From Octopus sinensis (Eukaryota): a stretch of DNA of 64,000 nucleotides. Position numbers and translations under genes: made by a program. The stretch is taken from positions 5,828,001 through 5,892,000 of the forward strand of contig NC_043002.1 in NCBI RefSeq assembly GCF_006345805.1, in the 5' to 3' direction. Under the pieces are notes generated by a model, which was not told the origin of the DNA, did not search any database, and saw only the letters and a program-made list of their open reading frames with translations. This document shows, one piece after another, positions 63,811 to 64,000 of this stretch. Position 1 is the first letter of the stretch. Every line of letters begins with the position of its first letter.

Positions 63811-64000
63811 TATATATATAATATATATATATATAATATCCATCCATAGGTATGTGTCTGAGCATATATATATATCTGTGTGTATGTGTGCGTGTGTGCG
63901 CGCACATTCAAAAACACAAACATGCATACATATATACATATATACACACACATATGGAGATATGTTTGCATACATATAAACGTGTTTAGGTACATAAGCG

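Noticed and set aside
53700-64000. Many long ORFs rich in Y/I/H/T/C/V
   Set aside because: Translations of TA/CA/TATG microsatellites. The same applies to the L/S-rich ORFs at about 20300-20900 and 39000-39760 from (CT)n.

Overview
Eukaryotic, AT-rich, repeat-dense genomic DNA. The SINE/LINE repertoire suggests a coleoid cephalopod, most likely Octopus (inference). The one host gene I can support is the 3' two-thirds of MELK (maternal embryonic leucine zipper kinase) on the + strand. I reconstructed eight coding exons by splice phase (155-319, 11136-11216, 24992-25105, 29716-30192, 33182-33293, 34672-34831, 35704-35807, 36417-36594). They encode the end of the kinase domain, the UBA domain, the TP-rich linker and the KA1 domain. 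Exon 4 has an apparent 1-nt frameshift near 29827-29866. The TAG stop is immediately followed by a GTGAGT donor, which implies a separate 3'UTR exon (candidate acceptor at 41473). The introns hold about 25 5'-truncated copies of an RTE-type LINE 3' end with a (GAT)n tail, several tRNA-derived SINE families, CR1 and RTE ORF2 remnants, a decayed Buster-type hAT, and MITEs. Downstream lie mariner/Tc1/pogo remnants, piggyBac-type MITEs and, after about 53 kb, very dense microsatellites. The most notable unexplained structure is a set of long foldback hairpins (428-641, 14477-14731, 36777-36977, 43752-43904, 48393-48444, 51856-52154). There are also decayed minimal hammerhead-ribozyme-like motifs (51997-52022, 59966-59994, 61706-61762), suggestive of Penelope-like elements. 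No prokaryotic system, CRISPR array, rRNA or true tRNA gene is supported. Repeat boundaries are approximate unless TSDs or TIRs are quoted.
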